NCBI GenBank assembly: GCA_965153355.1
Contig: OZ231126.1
Span: forward strand, 31,248,001-31,312,000
Length of the DNA stretch: 64,000 bases
Direction: 5' to 3'
Source: Flaccisagitta enflata
Taxonomy: Eukaryota
Each line of letters starts with the position of its first letter. Position 1 is the first letter of the stretch. Shown here piece by piece: positions 46,945-61,764 of the stretch. The notes beneath the pieces are model-generated. The model was given only the letters and a program-made list of their open reading frames with translations. It was not told the DNA's origin and ran no database searches. A program made the translations under genes and the position numbers.

Positions 46945-47482
46945 CACTGAAGCACGACTTCGTACTTGAGTGAAATTGGAATTCGTGCTTCATTGGATTT
47001 ACTCTTGACCTCTTTTCAAATCGCAATGAAACAAAAAGTCAATCCAGTTTTTCTTTGATTGATAGTTACAATTCATTTCAGTGTAATTAGAATTTTCTTC
47101 ATTCAAATAAAGATAGGTTTTCTCAGAATACGAATTTTTCTCATTCAAATAAAGTTCCTGTCACATGAATTTATGTCCTTATGAAAACAAATGAGTTTTC
47201 CACACATTAATTTTTCATTGTGATAAAAACTTAGTAGATGAAAAAAAATATTTTGCTTTTGATGTCAACATTCTCTTTACCTAGAAGGTCTACTTAGGTG
47301 ACGATAAAAAGTAAGAGGTAAAAAGAAAGGAGAAGATTTCTTCAGATGAAAGTTAATGAAGGTTACTTTGATTGTCTTTGCTACAATGACGAAATCAGTC
47401 ATTTCCAATTCCCCTGAAGCTCGAATTGTAAAAAGCACATGTCATTCTTCATTCCAATGAGGCACGACCTCGTGCTTCAGTG
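46945..47482. mobile_element. Old MITE
   Basis: cactgaagcacga / tcgtgcttcagtg inverted ends. Confidence 0.55.
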
Positions 47483-49949
47483 GCAATGATCTTAACTCAA
47501 GCAAAAATTTCGTGATTAAATGGTTGCCTGGATAAGCCTTCTTGTTGGTCCATAACGCATGAGTAAAACGTGTTAAAACATGCAATTCCCCCCCTCCCAC
47601 CGTGTCCACAAGTATTGTCAAATTTTCACACTGTGTTACTTGTTTAAAAACCACATTTCACTTTTACAGTAAATGACCAACCAATTAACGATCAATACTA
47701 GTTGAATTGATTGTCCACATAACCCATCACTGATCAATTAAATGTTAAATTCACTAATTCGATAATGATTTTGTTAATCCAATAACTGTTTAGTCTGGAC
47801 ATAGACAGATAAACAAGCCCAGGCGGGCAACTCGATGCGTCATCTGCATGATATTAGAAAAGGCGAAACGCATGGACGAACGGACGGACGGACGGACGGA
47901 CGGACGGACGGACGGACGGACGGACCGACCGACGGACGGACGGACGGACGGACGGACGGACGGACGGACGGACCGACCGACGGACGGACCAACGGACGGA
48001 CCGACGGACAGACCCTCTTATAGAAATGCGACGACGCATCTAAAGAAAAGAGATGGAAAGGAAAACAGGCCGAGGACATTGCCATCTAGGTAACAGTCGA
48101 GAAAGAAAAGATAAAGCTGTAATGCAACACAGGTGTCGGAAGAGAAATGAGTAGGAGAAAGCGGAGGAGGAGGAAGAGGAAGAGAAGGAGGATGAGGAAG
48201 AGGAGGAGGAAGAGGAGAAGTAAAAGGGAGGTAAAAGGAGGCCGGCGGCAGATACTATGCCCTGAGGATAAATGAGATTCGCGATAAGGATGGAAGAAAG
48301 ATGAGCGAAGAGCGTAATGAAGATCTATTGGTTATGACGGTGGGGAAGGACAAGGAGAAGAAAGGAAAAGGACGGAGAGTATAATGAAGATCTGTTGGTT
48401 ATGACTGGGAAGGGGAAGGAAAAGGAGAGGAAAGGACAAGGACGAAGAGTGTAATGAATATCTATTGTTTAATAAGGTTGGGGAAGGACAAGGAGAAGAA
48501 AGGACAAGGAAGGAGAGCGTAGTGAAGATCTATTGGTTCTGACAGTGGGGAAGGACAAGGAGAAGAAAGGAAAAAAATAGAGATTGTTATGAAGATCAAT
48601 CATTTATGACGGCGGGGAAGGACATAGAGAAGAAAGGACAATGACAAAGAGTGTAATGAAGATCTATTGTTTATCACTGTAGTCTGTTGGGAAGGACAAG
48701 GAGAGGTAAGGACAAGGACGAGGAGTGTAATGAATGAGGCGCAGATGTGAGTGAATATTGTAGTAAAAATAGATTTGCTGTTATGATTCAGAATTATGAA
48801 GAAAGAACCAGGACGAGGTAGGACAAGGACAAGTCGGAAAATGAACATACATGAATTATGGAGGTGAAAAGGGACAAGGAAGTAGAAAACAAAAAACATG
48901 GGAGGACACAAAAAATCTTTCATTATTAAATTGGAGCAAAAAAAAACAAGAAAAAAAAATAAAGACAAGGACAAGGAAAAACAGATTGTAGACAAGAACT
49001 AGAAAAGAAAGAACAGAATAAGGGAAGACAGAAATCAAACAAGTTGAGGAAAAAAAGAACATAGACAAGGGCATGGAATGGACATGGAATGGACATGAAA
49101 TGAACATTAACAAGGACAAGGAAAAGAAATAGAATGAAACAAGGACAAGGAAAAAAGAATATGGACAAGGACAGGACAAGAACAAAGAAAGACAGAACAT
49201 AGATAAGGACAAGAACAAGGAAAGACAGATGAGAGACATGTTGAAAAATAAAGATCAAGGGCAAAGGCAAAGAAAAACAGTGACTATGGATGGAATGGTC
49301 GGGAAGAACAAGGCGAGGCGAGGAAGGAATGAATGAATGAATGAATGAATGAATGAATGAATGAATGAATGAATGAATGAATGAAAAAATGTATGAATGA
49401 AAAAATGAATGAATGAATGAATGAATGAATGAATGAATGAATGAATGGATGAATGGACGAATGGATGAATGAATGAATGAATGAATGAATGAATGGATAA
49501 ACATCTACATGTCTTTTTACATGTTTGAAGGAATGTTTGTAGGTTGTTTTGTCTGTATGTCTGAATGAATGATTTATTGATTGAATGAATTATTGAATGA
49601 ATGAATGAATGAATGAATGAATGAATGAATGAATGAATGAATGAATGAATGAATGAATGAATGAATGAATGAATGAATGAATGAATGAATGAATGAATGA
49701 ATGAATGAATGAATGAATGAATGAATGAATGAATGAATGAATGAATGAGTGAATGAATAAATGAATGAATGAATGATAGAATGAATGGATGGTTAGATTA
49801 GAAGTTGTAAGTTACAATTGTGGACCAGGACCAGGACAGAGTGCAGTGAAGAAAGGAAACAATGGGAGGGGAATGAATGAATTTGACTTATGAATGTTAA
49901 AACGCCTCGGTCCAAAAAGACGGGAAGAAGAAGGACAAAGTTGGGAAAT

Positions 49950-53680
<3,731 letters not shown>

Positions 53681-56135
53681 AGAATAAGTACTGCTTAGTG
53701 CGCCTCCAAACATATGTGAAATTGAAAATAGAAATAAAATTCAAAGTATCATTGGTAAGAGAATATTTTTCCTAAAAAGGGAGGGGGGTTGAGAGACTGA
53801 GGGGCGCTAATTAGAAGGTGGTGCTAATTAAAGGGAGGGCTCAAAGTGTCAGTGTTCGAGAAAGGAAGACGTCAAAGGGAGATTGTGTCCAAAGTTTAAA
53901 GGCGTCTTGTGAGCATGCACGAAGAGGATTCTGTCTACAAAGGAGAAAAAAACTTGCAACGACTATTGTAGGATTTCTTTTCTGAGGAACATGTCTTGAA
54001 TATCAAAACCGTTTCCGAAACTCATAAACGAGGCTATGTGGGAGCCTCATCCGGACTGTGTTCACATTGAGAGCAATATCCCGGATTAGACCAAAAGAAA
54101 GGCAAATAGATCATCCACAGATCAAGTCAGGCCAATGCAATGGTACCATAGCCCTGCTCTGCATACTTTACAGGAGTTCCATCAACAACAAAATTGTACC
54201 CCCCAAAAATCCTGTCCTAACCTGGCTTCTATATGCATCTTAAAAAGGCAACTGTACCTTCAGTTGAATACAGCATTAACGGACCTTCAGGGAGAAAAAA
54301 ATGTATCTCTTACAAGCAGATTTATTCTAAAACTAACTTAGAATATAAAGAGAACGAGTTGAAAAGACCACAGAATTACATCCATTGTCTACAGAGTTCC
54401 TTTACTGAAGTGTCCGCTGGAGCACCTGCAAGTTTAGCTGTATCAAGTAATCAACTCTTCCCCCTTTTCAAATCTTCAATCCTCTCATTTATATCAACAT
54501 GATTTATCTCGTCCATTCTCTCCTCTTCCTTTTCCTCTTTCTTTTTCTCTTCCCCTTCCACCCAACCCCGGAGGGGCCGGCAACCCCCCAAACATGCCGT
54601 AAGAATCGATTTCTAGTCGCGTGCTACGCGACTCTACTACCCACTTTGTCAGTCCATCCGTCAGTCCATCGGTCTGTCGGTCCGTCGGTCCGTCGGTCTG
54701 TCCGTCGGTCCGTCCATCCGTGGGTCCGTCCGTCTGTCACACTTTACTTTTTTTGGGTTTTTGCAGTCTTTGGCCTCACTGCTCCTGCCCAAGTGATCAA
54801 ATGACCTCAAATACGGCCCCTGCCCACCCGCACGCGACTGGGGTAGCCGTGTATCCGGCCTTGTTTTTTATTGTTTTGCATAGATTAATGTTCAACTAAG
54901 AAGAATCTGCTGCCAAATCAATTCCTACGATCCAAGAAGATAGCTAGAATTAATTTTGGTAATATCAAAAATTAGGAAAACCAGATTGCAATGGCAATCG
55001 TCACATAAGAGGTTAGGGAAATATTTGATTGTTCTTAACAAAGCGCAGCAAAGGATATCTCATCAATGTTTCACTTCTTCCTCAACCGCACTTTGACATG
55101 CAACAGGGCCGGCTACACGGCTACCCCAGTCGCGTGCGGGTGGGCAGGGGCCATATTTGTGATCAGTGGAGCATTTGGGCAGGAGCGGTATAGCCAAAAA
55201 CCCCATAAACGCTGAAAAAGTAAAGTGTGACGGACCGACGGACCGATGGACCGACAGACCAATGGACCAACGGACCGACAAAGCGGGGTGTAAAGTCGCA
55301 TAGCACGCGACTAAAAATCGGTTTTTGTTAGTAATCATAGATTACAAATTGATCAAAGAATTTCTCGGTGACTTTTCCTGACTGTAAAAAGCTGAAAAAT
55401 CAAAACTAAGAGGTAGAATTTGTTCAATAGAAAATAGTTGCACCCTAAAAGAGTCCTTTAGACATTATTAGCCTCCTTCCTCCTCTGCCCCCAACCACCC
55501 GGATGTAATTCCCATTCTCCCTTCCTTTTCAGCTTTTAACTAAAATCATAAATAGTTGGAAAAACGGGTAAAAATCCAAATGTGGAAACCCCGAGAGGAA
55601 TAACAGATGAAATGAAACCATAAACATAAAAAAAGAAGGAAATAAAACAACAAATAAAATGAAAACAAACCGGGAATCCGCGACTAAAAGCTTGGAAAAC
55701 CACCTAATCCTCTTTGTTTTCTAAGTAGGATTATACTCCACAATAACGGATGTCAAGGTCTTACCAATTCTTTTTGTTATAGGTGGATTTCCGCATTACC
55801 AATATAAGAAACAACTAAAAAAAACTGTAGGGTTAGAAGTTCTATTTGGATAGCGTATATGGTTTCAATGGTATTTTGCGCCTTATTTTTTTTTTCTTTT
55901 TTTATGAAAACATAGCTTATCCGAGCGTTTTTAAGAAAACTATGGCTAGAAAAGTCTGCTGGAAAAAAGAATGAAAAAAAGCGCAATAAAAGCTTACTGT
56001 AAGAACCGTTTGAAATCGTTTTCGATTTTGTCTTCTGCTTTATAATCAAAAAACTGCTCGACCTGGAGATTTGTGAAAATGTAGGGTAATACCCAAGCCC
56101 GGGCCATTTTGCATTTTCTTTAACAATACAATACA

Positions 56136-56656
56136 TGTGCGGGCTCGCGTGAGCAAGCACTGTTCATTTGTTTTAAGACTTTACTTTGCCTCTAAAAACT
56201 TACCTTTTAGTAGCGCCCTCTATTAATAGTTCACCGCTTCGAAGTGAACGGAAACTAAGTTGGATTGTTTGATACATGCCAAGAGATTTTCCTTATAAGA
56301 GCGTTTACCTGCTGTTTAGTCCATTCGCTCATCTTTATTCCTTCGCTTTAATCGTTTATTCATGATTAAGGAGTAAATAAGCCTACTAATGTTACTCTTT
56401 TTCCATCCTTTGCAGATTAATGATGAATTGATTAGCATTACTTACCCTCTGGTTCCCTGAATGCCGAAATGAGTTGAAGTTTCAGGTACTAAGCCTTCTA
56501 AAGATGTAAATTGATGTGCTAACGATTGCCGTTAATTATTACTGCTCATTGCCTAAGTTGTTAATGATTACTAATGATTGCTAATAAATTATTTCAGACC
56601 GTTAATTGCGTCGTCACTACTACTCCGGTTAGTAAGAAAGGGAGCGAGCGGGCACA
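56136..56656 (+). repeat. 5' LTR
   Basis: Matches 61765-62285 except 2 substitutions seen (gact/gacc; caccg/catcg). AATAAA at 56583. Confidence 0.96.
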
Positions 56657-56669
56657 AGCTTCAACTCAT
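56657..56669 (+). promoter_or_regulatory. Putative non-tRNA (self-priming) primer-binding site agcttcaactcat
   Basis: Abuts the 5' LTR, lacks TGG, and is complementary to LTR 56469-56481 (atgagttgaagtt) with one G-U pair. Confidence 0.55.
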
Positions 56670-56791
56670 CGCTTTGCTGGTTGTCGTCGGCGCCGAGCCC
56701 CGCTGACGTCATTGGTGGCGATGTTACGATGGATGTCAAGAGCTACGTCCTCTGAAGTTTAACGTCGGAACCGATTCCCGCCGACGTAACG

Positions 56792-57223
56792 ATGGACGTC
56801 AAGAGTCACGTCCTTGGAATTTCAAAGTCGGAACCGATTCCAGCCGACTCAAAGATGGGCGTCAAGAGTCACGTCCACCAAGCGATGGATCGGCATCAGC
56901 TTCCTGCCATCTATCAACTACGCCAAGATTCTCTTCTCTCCGCTACGACGCGTTCGCCGGAGACAACCCAAGAAATTTATCACCTTTTTTGTGCTGCTAA
57001 CAACGCCATCAGCTATACCGTTGTCACGCTGCAACTCCAAGACATTTCCTACACATTGTGGGAATATTTCTACGTCGTCATCGAGCCTTACCGTCTCCTT
57101 TTAGAAGAGACACGCCGTTTCATTAATGGACAGTCGCCATTTTGTTTGATGCATTTACCAAACCTTTCCTCTACAATGCTGCCTTCGGCAATGAGCAAGA
57201 GTCTCATGCCACTACGACGATGA
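56792..57223 (+). CDS. LTR-element ORF1, 143 aa, unknown function
   Basis: ATG-initiated. N-terminus comes from a 63-bp repeat. Its TGA overlaps the ORF2 ATG. Confidence 0.5.
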   Translation: MDVKSHVLGISKSEPIPADSKMGVKSHVHQAMDRHQLPAIYQLRQDSLLSATTRSPETTQEIYHLFCAANNAISYTVVTLQLQDISYTLWEYFYVVIEPYRLLLEETRRFINGQSPFCLMHLPNLSSTMLPSAMSKSLMPLRR

Positions 57224-59412
57224 ATGGCCAGGAAGAGGATGAAAGTGGCGGTGGTGTTGACATCAGTCTAAGAGAAAGTGGCGGCGACGGCGTTCTCGAT
57301 GGTGGAGGCGGCGGCCATGATGGTGGCGGCAGAAGTGATGGAGGCGGTGGAGATGTCGATCGCCAAGTCGCGCACAAGGCATCGACGGAAAATCAACATC
57401 GTCCTCTTTATTCAGATCTCTTTGCCACTCACTTAGAATCTGATAACAACAACGACGATCAAGAAAGAAAAGAGTCGTTGTTAGGAAGACTTGAAAGAAA
57501 AATAAACGAAATCCTGAAATTGGATGAAGAAATGAATTTCCGTTTTACGATGAAAAAAGCGGATTTGGAAGAGGCAATGGAAAATGAATTGGACTCTATC
57601 TACGAAGCCATGATGGACGGAGATAGTGAGAAAATTGGCATCATTATGATTAAGATTAAGGAGGAGATGAACAAATTCATGTTGGCGATGGAGAGAGAGG
57701 GAAAAGAAAGATCTGGAGTGAAAGAGAGGAAGAAGGAAGGAAAAGAAATCTTCGACGTCTCATGCATGACCGCCTCACAACCGGAAGTGCCTCCAGTCCC
57801 ATGTCCATCGATCAACGAAGAAAATCAGCTTCTCACTGCCACCAACTTTTCTCTCCCTTCACGTCCTGTTCATCATTCTGACGAGCCTCTTCTTTACGAT
57901 TCATCTTCTTCATCATCTACGTTTTTGAATTTGTCGGCATCTCTCACAAATTTGCCGGCACCTGCCAAGATTTTGCCGGCACCTGCCAAGATTCAGCCGG
58001 CACCTGTTAAGAACACGCCGGCCCCTGCTAAGATTACGTCGGCACCTGCTATGACTTTGCCGGCATCTGATACGAATTCATCTGCAGACTACCAAGCATC
58101 TTTGATCGACCATTCACGTCCGTCGACATCATCTGTAGACCACCAAGCTCCTTCAGTCAATCATCCGTTGACATCATCTACAAACCGCCAAGCTTATTCT
58201 GTCGACCGTCGGTCATCATCTGCAGACCGCCTAGAATCATCTGACGGCCGCCCGTCGTCATCTGGAGACATCCACGTACCTTCCTTCCATCTTCAGTCAT
58301 CATCTGAAGACCACCAAGTATCATCTGTGGATGAACAAGCCTTTACTTTCGATCGTCGGTCATCATCTGTAGACTACCAAGCTTCTTCAGTAAATCATCT
58401 GTTGACAACATCTACAGACCACCAAGCTTATTCTGTCGACCGTCAGTCATCTGCAGACCCTCAAGAATCATCTGACGATCGCCCGTCGTCATCTGAAGAC
58501 ATCCACGTCTCTTCTTTTCATCTTCAGTCATCATCTGAAGACCACCATGTATCATCTGTGTATGAACAAGCCATCACCTTCGATCGTCGGTCGTTATCTG
58601 TAGACTGCCAAGCCTCCGTCAGTCATCTGTTGACATCATCTACAGACTACCAAGCTTCCTCTATCGATCATCGAACATCTGCAGACTACCAAGATTCATC
58701 TGCAGACGGCAAGGATCCATCTGACGGCACTCCGTCGTCATCTGGAAACTACAAAGCCTCTCCTTTTCTCCCTTTTTTCCGAGGGACCACTCGTCGGGAA
58801 CTTTGCGACGAGAAGACTTACGCGAGGGCAAAAAAGCGAAAGAAGAAGAGATTTTTTCCCTCTCAACTTTTCTACGCCAGAAAAGAAAAGAAAAAGCCGC
58901 GTCTTCGACGTTACGAGTTCGAGTCCAGGAGGAGAAAAAGAAAAAAGAAAAGAATTCTCCGTCTCCACTCGAAAAACGGCCTACTAGACCGTACCCCGAA
59001 AAACAACCACGCTTCTGCGGGCCACAACCACGCTTCTGCGGGCCACAACCACGCTTCTACGGGCCACAATCACGCTTCTACGGGCCATCCTTACGACTCT
59101 ACGGGCCATCCTTACACTTCTACGGGCCATCCTTACGCTTCTAAGGGCCATCCTTACGACTCTACGGGCCATCCTTACGCTTCTACGGGTCAAGATATTC
59201 TCGGCAGCTACGCTACGATATTCTCGGTCACTACGCTACGATATTCTCGGCCGCTACCCCACGAGATTTCCGGCCGCCACCCCACAAGATTCCCGGCCGC
59301 CACCCCTCAAGATTCCCGGATGCCACCCCAAGCCTTTTCCCGCGGCAACGATGTCACGGGCCTTCCGATTACGTTACCGACGCTACGTCATCGTGAAGGG
59401 AGGAAAAAGTGA
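57220..59412 (+). CDS. LTR-element ORF2, 730 aa from the first ATG: Gly-rich N-terminus, helical/coiled-coil block, Ser/Asp-rich repeats, basic NLS-like clusters, heptad repeats
   Basis: 2.2-kb uninterrupted frame. No CCHC knuckle, protease, RT (YxDD) or integrase motif recognised. Confidence 0.7.
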   Translation: MNGQEEDESGGGVDISLRESGGDGVLDGGGGGHDGGGRSDGGGGDVDRQVAHKASTENQHRPLYSDLFATHLESDNNNDDQERKESLLGRLERKINEILKLDEEMNFRFTMKKADLEEAMENELDSIYEAMMDGDSEKIGIIMIKIKEEMNKFMLAMEREGKERSGVKERKKEGKEIFDVSCMTASQPEVPPVPCPSINEENQLLTATNFSLPSRPVHHSDEPLLYDSSSSSSTFLNLSASLTNLPAPAKILPAPAKIQPAPVKNTPAPAKITSAPAMTLPASDTNSSADYQASLIDHSRPSTSSVDHQAPSVNHPLTSSTNRQAYSVDRRSSSADRLESSDGRPSSSGDIHVPSFHLQSSSEDHQVSSVDEQAFTFDRRSSSVDYQASSVNHLLTTSTDHQAYSVDRQSSADPQESSDDRPSSSEDIHVSSFHLQSSSEDHHVSSVYEQAITFDRRSLSVDCQASVSHLLTSSTDYQASSIDHRTSADYQDSSADGKDPSDGTPSSSGNYKASPFLPFFRGTTRRELCDEKTYARAKKRKKKRFFPSQLFYARKEKKKPRLRRYEFESRRRKRKKKRILRLHSKNGLLDRTPKNNHASAGHNHASAGHNHASTGHNHASTGHPYDSTGHPYTSTGHPYASKGHPYDSTGHPYASTGQDILGSYATIFSVTTLRYSRPLPHEISGRHPTRFPAATPQDSRMPPQAFSRGNDVTGLPITLPTLRHREGRKK

Positions 59413-60343
59413 GAAACTAGTTCAATTTGTATCTTCGGCAACTTCGCTTAATTCGATGAAAAGAAGACGCCGTTTTTGTGATAACATTTTGATTGATGTT
59501 CTTAGTACTCTCACTCTTTTTAGCTCTTTCTTGTCAGTTAGTTCATGCTGCCATTGATTTTTGCATTTTGTTCTTCAAATTTGCCGACGTGAAAATGTGT
59601 CTCAAGTCTCAATGAAAGCTGCTCTAGTGATAAAAGAGCCCGCCGTTATGATATGAAATATTGCTCCAGTAAGGAGCCTTTGCCGTTGCTCCAGTGTAGA
59701 GCTTACGCCGTTTAGTTTAAGATTATGATTCGACGCTCCTGCATGCTGCTCAAGAACGAGTTTACGCGTCAACGATTATTCTCTGCACCTCCGCTCCTAC
59801 AGACTTTTCCTTCTCTCTCCAACTGCAACTCGCCGACGAGCTTTGGTTCTTTGGGTTAGAATAATATGGAATGAAGGAAGTGGGGGGTGGGAGGGGGAAA
59901 AAGTTTTTGTTTGCGTTAACAATTACATTGCGATTAATTACGCTTACTTTTTCCGTTTTAAGTTTCAAGCTTTTTCTTTGCATCTACTACACAATGCAGT
60001 TAGAGGTGCTTTAATTTTTTACATTCATAAATTATCAACGATCATTTTGATGCTCAAGAGAGTATCATTTTTGAATGTAATTATCATATTTCCCCTTTTC
60101 ACGATTACTCTTTTCATGATACGATCCCGAGTAATTTTCCATTGTTGATTTGCGCATCAACAACCACCTTGAAGTCAATGATGCTTATAAGCGTTTTCTT
60201 ACGTTCATGATAATAAGCAAGTTAAGATTTCATGTACATTCTCTCTTGTTGACAAAGAATTTGCGTCAACAACTACCCTAAAGTTTACGATGCTTACATT
60301 TATCTTTTCCCTATTGTTGACAAAGATTTTGGGTCAACAACTA

Positions 60344-60955
60344 CAGTACCTTCCGAGCAAACCCGGCTAAAACTGGAGGATTAATTTTTTTAATTTTATT
60401 TCCCAAACTTTATTTTTTGTATATAATTTAATTAAAAGATACTTAATTGCTTGAACATATTTGGCTGTCAAAAAAAATAACTTGTGAAATCAAAGTGCAT
60501 GAGGACATCAATATTAAGTGTTCTAACCCAGACCATTGGATTAGGCAGAAAATTTTATGTATCCTAGATTACAAGAACAGCTCAGTCAGATAATTATTTC
60601 AGATTTTACAGCCATTTAAAGTTTTTAAGGACAATTGTCTCAAAATAATTTAGGACAATTGTCCTTAAAAACTTTGAATGGCCATAAATTCTGAAGTAAT
60701 TGTTTGACTGAGCTGTTCTTGTAGTCTAGGATAGGTAAAATTTTCTGCCGAATCCAATGGTCTGGGTTAGAACACTCAATATTGATGTCTTCATGCACTT
60801 TGATTTCACGAGTTATTTTTTTTGACAGCCAAATATGTTCAAGGAATTAAGTATCTTTTAGTTAAGTTTGATGCAAAAAATGAAGTTTGGGAAATGAAAT
60901 TAAAGTAACAAAAATTAACCCTCCAATTTTAACCGGGTTTGCTCGGAAGGTACTG
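60344..60955. mobile_element. Fold-back Tc1/mariner-type MITE nested in the LTR element
   Basis: TIR cagtaccttccgagcaaacccgg, TA TSD, ~610-bp imperfect palindrome. Confidence 0.92.
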
Positions 60956-61146
60956 TACATCCAAGTTTAAGATTTTCATTTTGATTAATTCTTTTTTGTT
61001 TGAGAACGGAATTTTCCCCTCTTTAAAATCGTGACTGCCCCAATCTTTCCCTCACGATCTTTTCACTTTAAAGTAGGATGGGTAATTAATTCCCTAAAGC
61101 ATTTGATAAGATAAAGAGAATTATTTCAGGCATTGCGATGCTCTAC

Positions 61147-61710
61147 CTTTTGGCCTTTTGCTTTCATGCTTTCAAGTTTGGCCTTTTGCTTTCATGCTTT
61201 CAAGTTTGGCCTTTTGCTTTCATGCTTTCAAGTTTGGCCTTTTGCATTCATGCTTTCAAGTTTGGCCTTTTGCTTTCATGCTTTCAAGTTTGGCCTTTGG
61301 CTTTCACGCTTTCAAGTTTGGCCTTTTGCTTTCATGCTTTCAAGTTTGGCCTTTTATGCTTTCAAGTTTGGCCTTTTGCTTTCATGCTTTCAAGTTTGGC
61401 CTTTTGCTTTCATGCTTTCAAGTTTGGCCTTTTGCTTCCATGCTTTCAAGTTTGGCCTTTTGCTTTCATGCTTTCAAGTTTGGCCTTTTGCTTTCATGCT
61501 TGGCCTTTTGCTTTCAAGTTTGGCCTTTTACTTTCATGCTTTCAAGTTTGGCCTTTTGCTTTCATGCTTTAAAGTTTGGCCTTTTGCTTTCATGCTTTCA
61601 AGTTTGGCCTTTTGCTTTCATGCTTTCAAGTTTGGCTTTTTGCTTTCACGCTTTCAAGTTTGGCCTTTGGCTTTCACGCTTTCAAGTTTGGCCTTTGACT
61701 TTCATGCTTG
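61147..61710. repeat. 28-bp minisatellite ggccttttgctttcatgctttcaagttt, ~20 units
   Basis: Head-to-tail units without spacers. Confidence 0.95.
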
Positions 61711-61754
61711 CGCTTACGATTTCTCATGCTTGCGCTGGACATGTTTTACAGTCC

Positions 61755-61764
61755 AGGTGGGGGG
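61755..61764 (+). promoter_or_regulatory. Polypurine tract aggtgggggg
   Basis: Purine-rich run immediately 5' of the 3' LTR; sets element orientation as +. Confidence 0.85.

Noticed and set aside
56670-56720. tRNA PBS at tggttgtcg or tggtggcg
   Set aside because: 21-57 nt from the LTR edge, and I recognise no tRNA 3' complement. A host tRNA search is still needed.
59005-59190. ORF2 heptads as RNA Pol II CTD mimic
   Set aside because: Only the period and Tyr are shared; the Ser-Pro motifs of YSPTSPS are absent.
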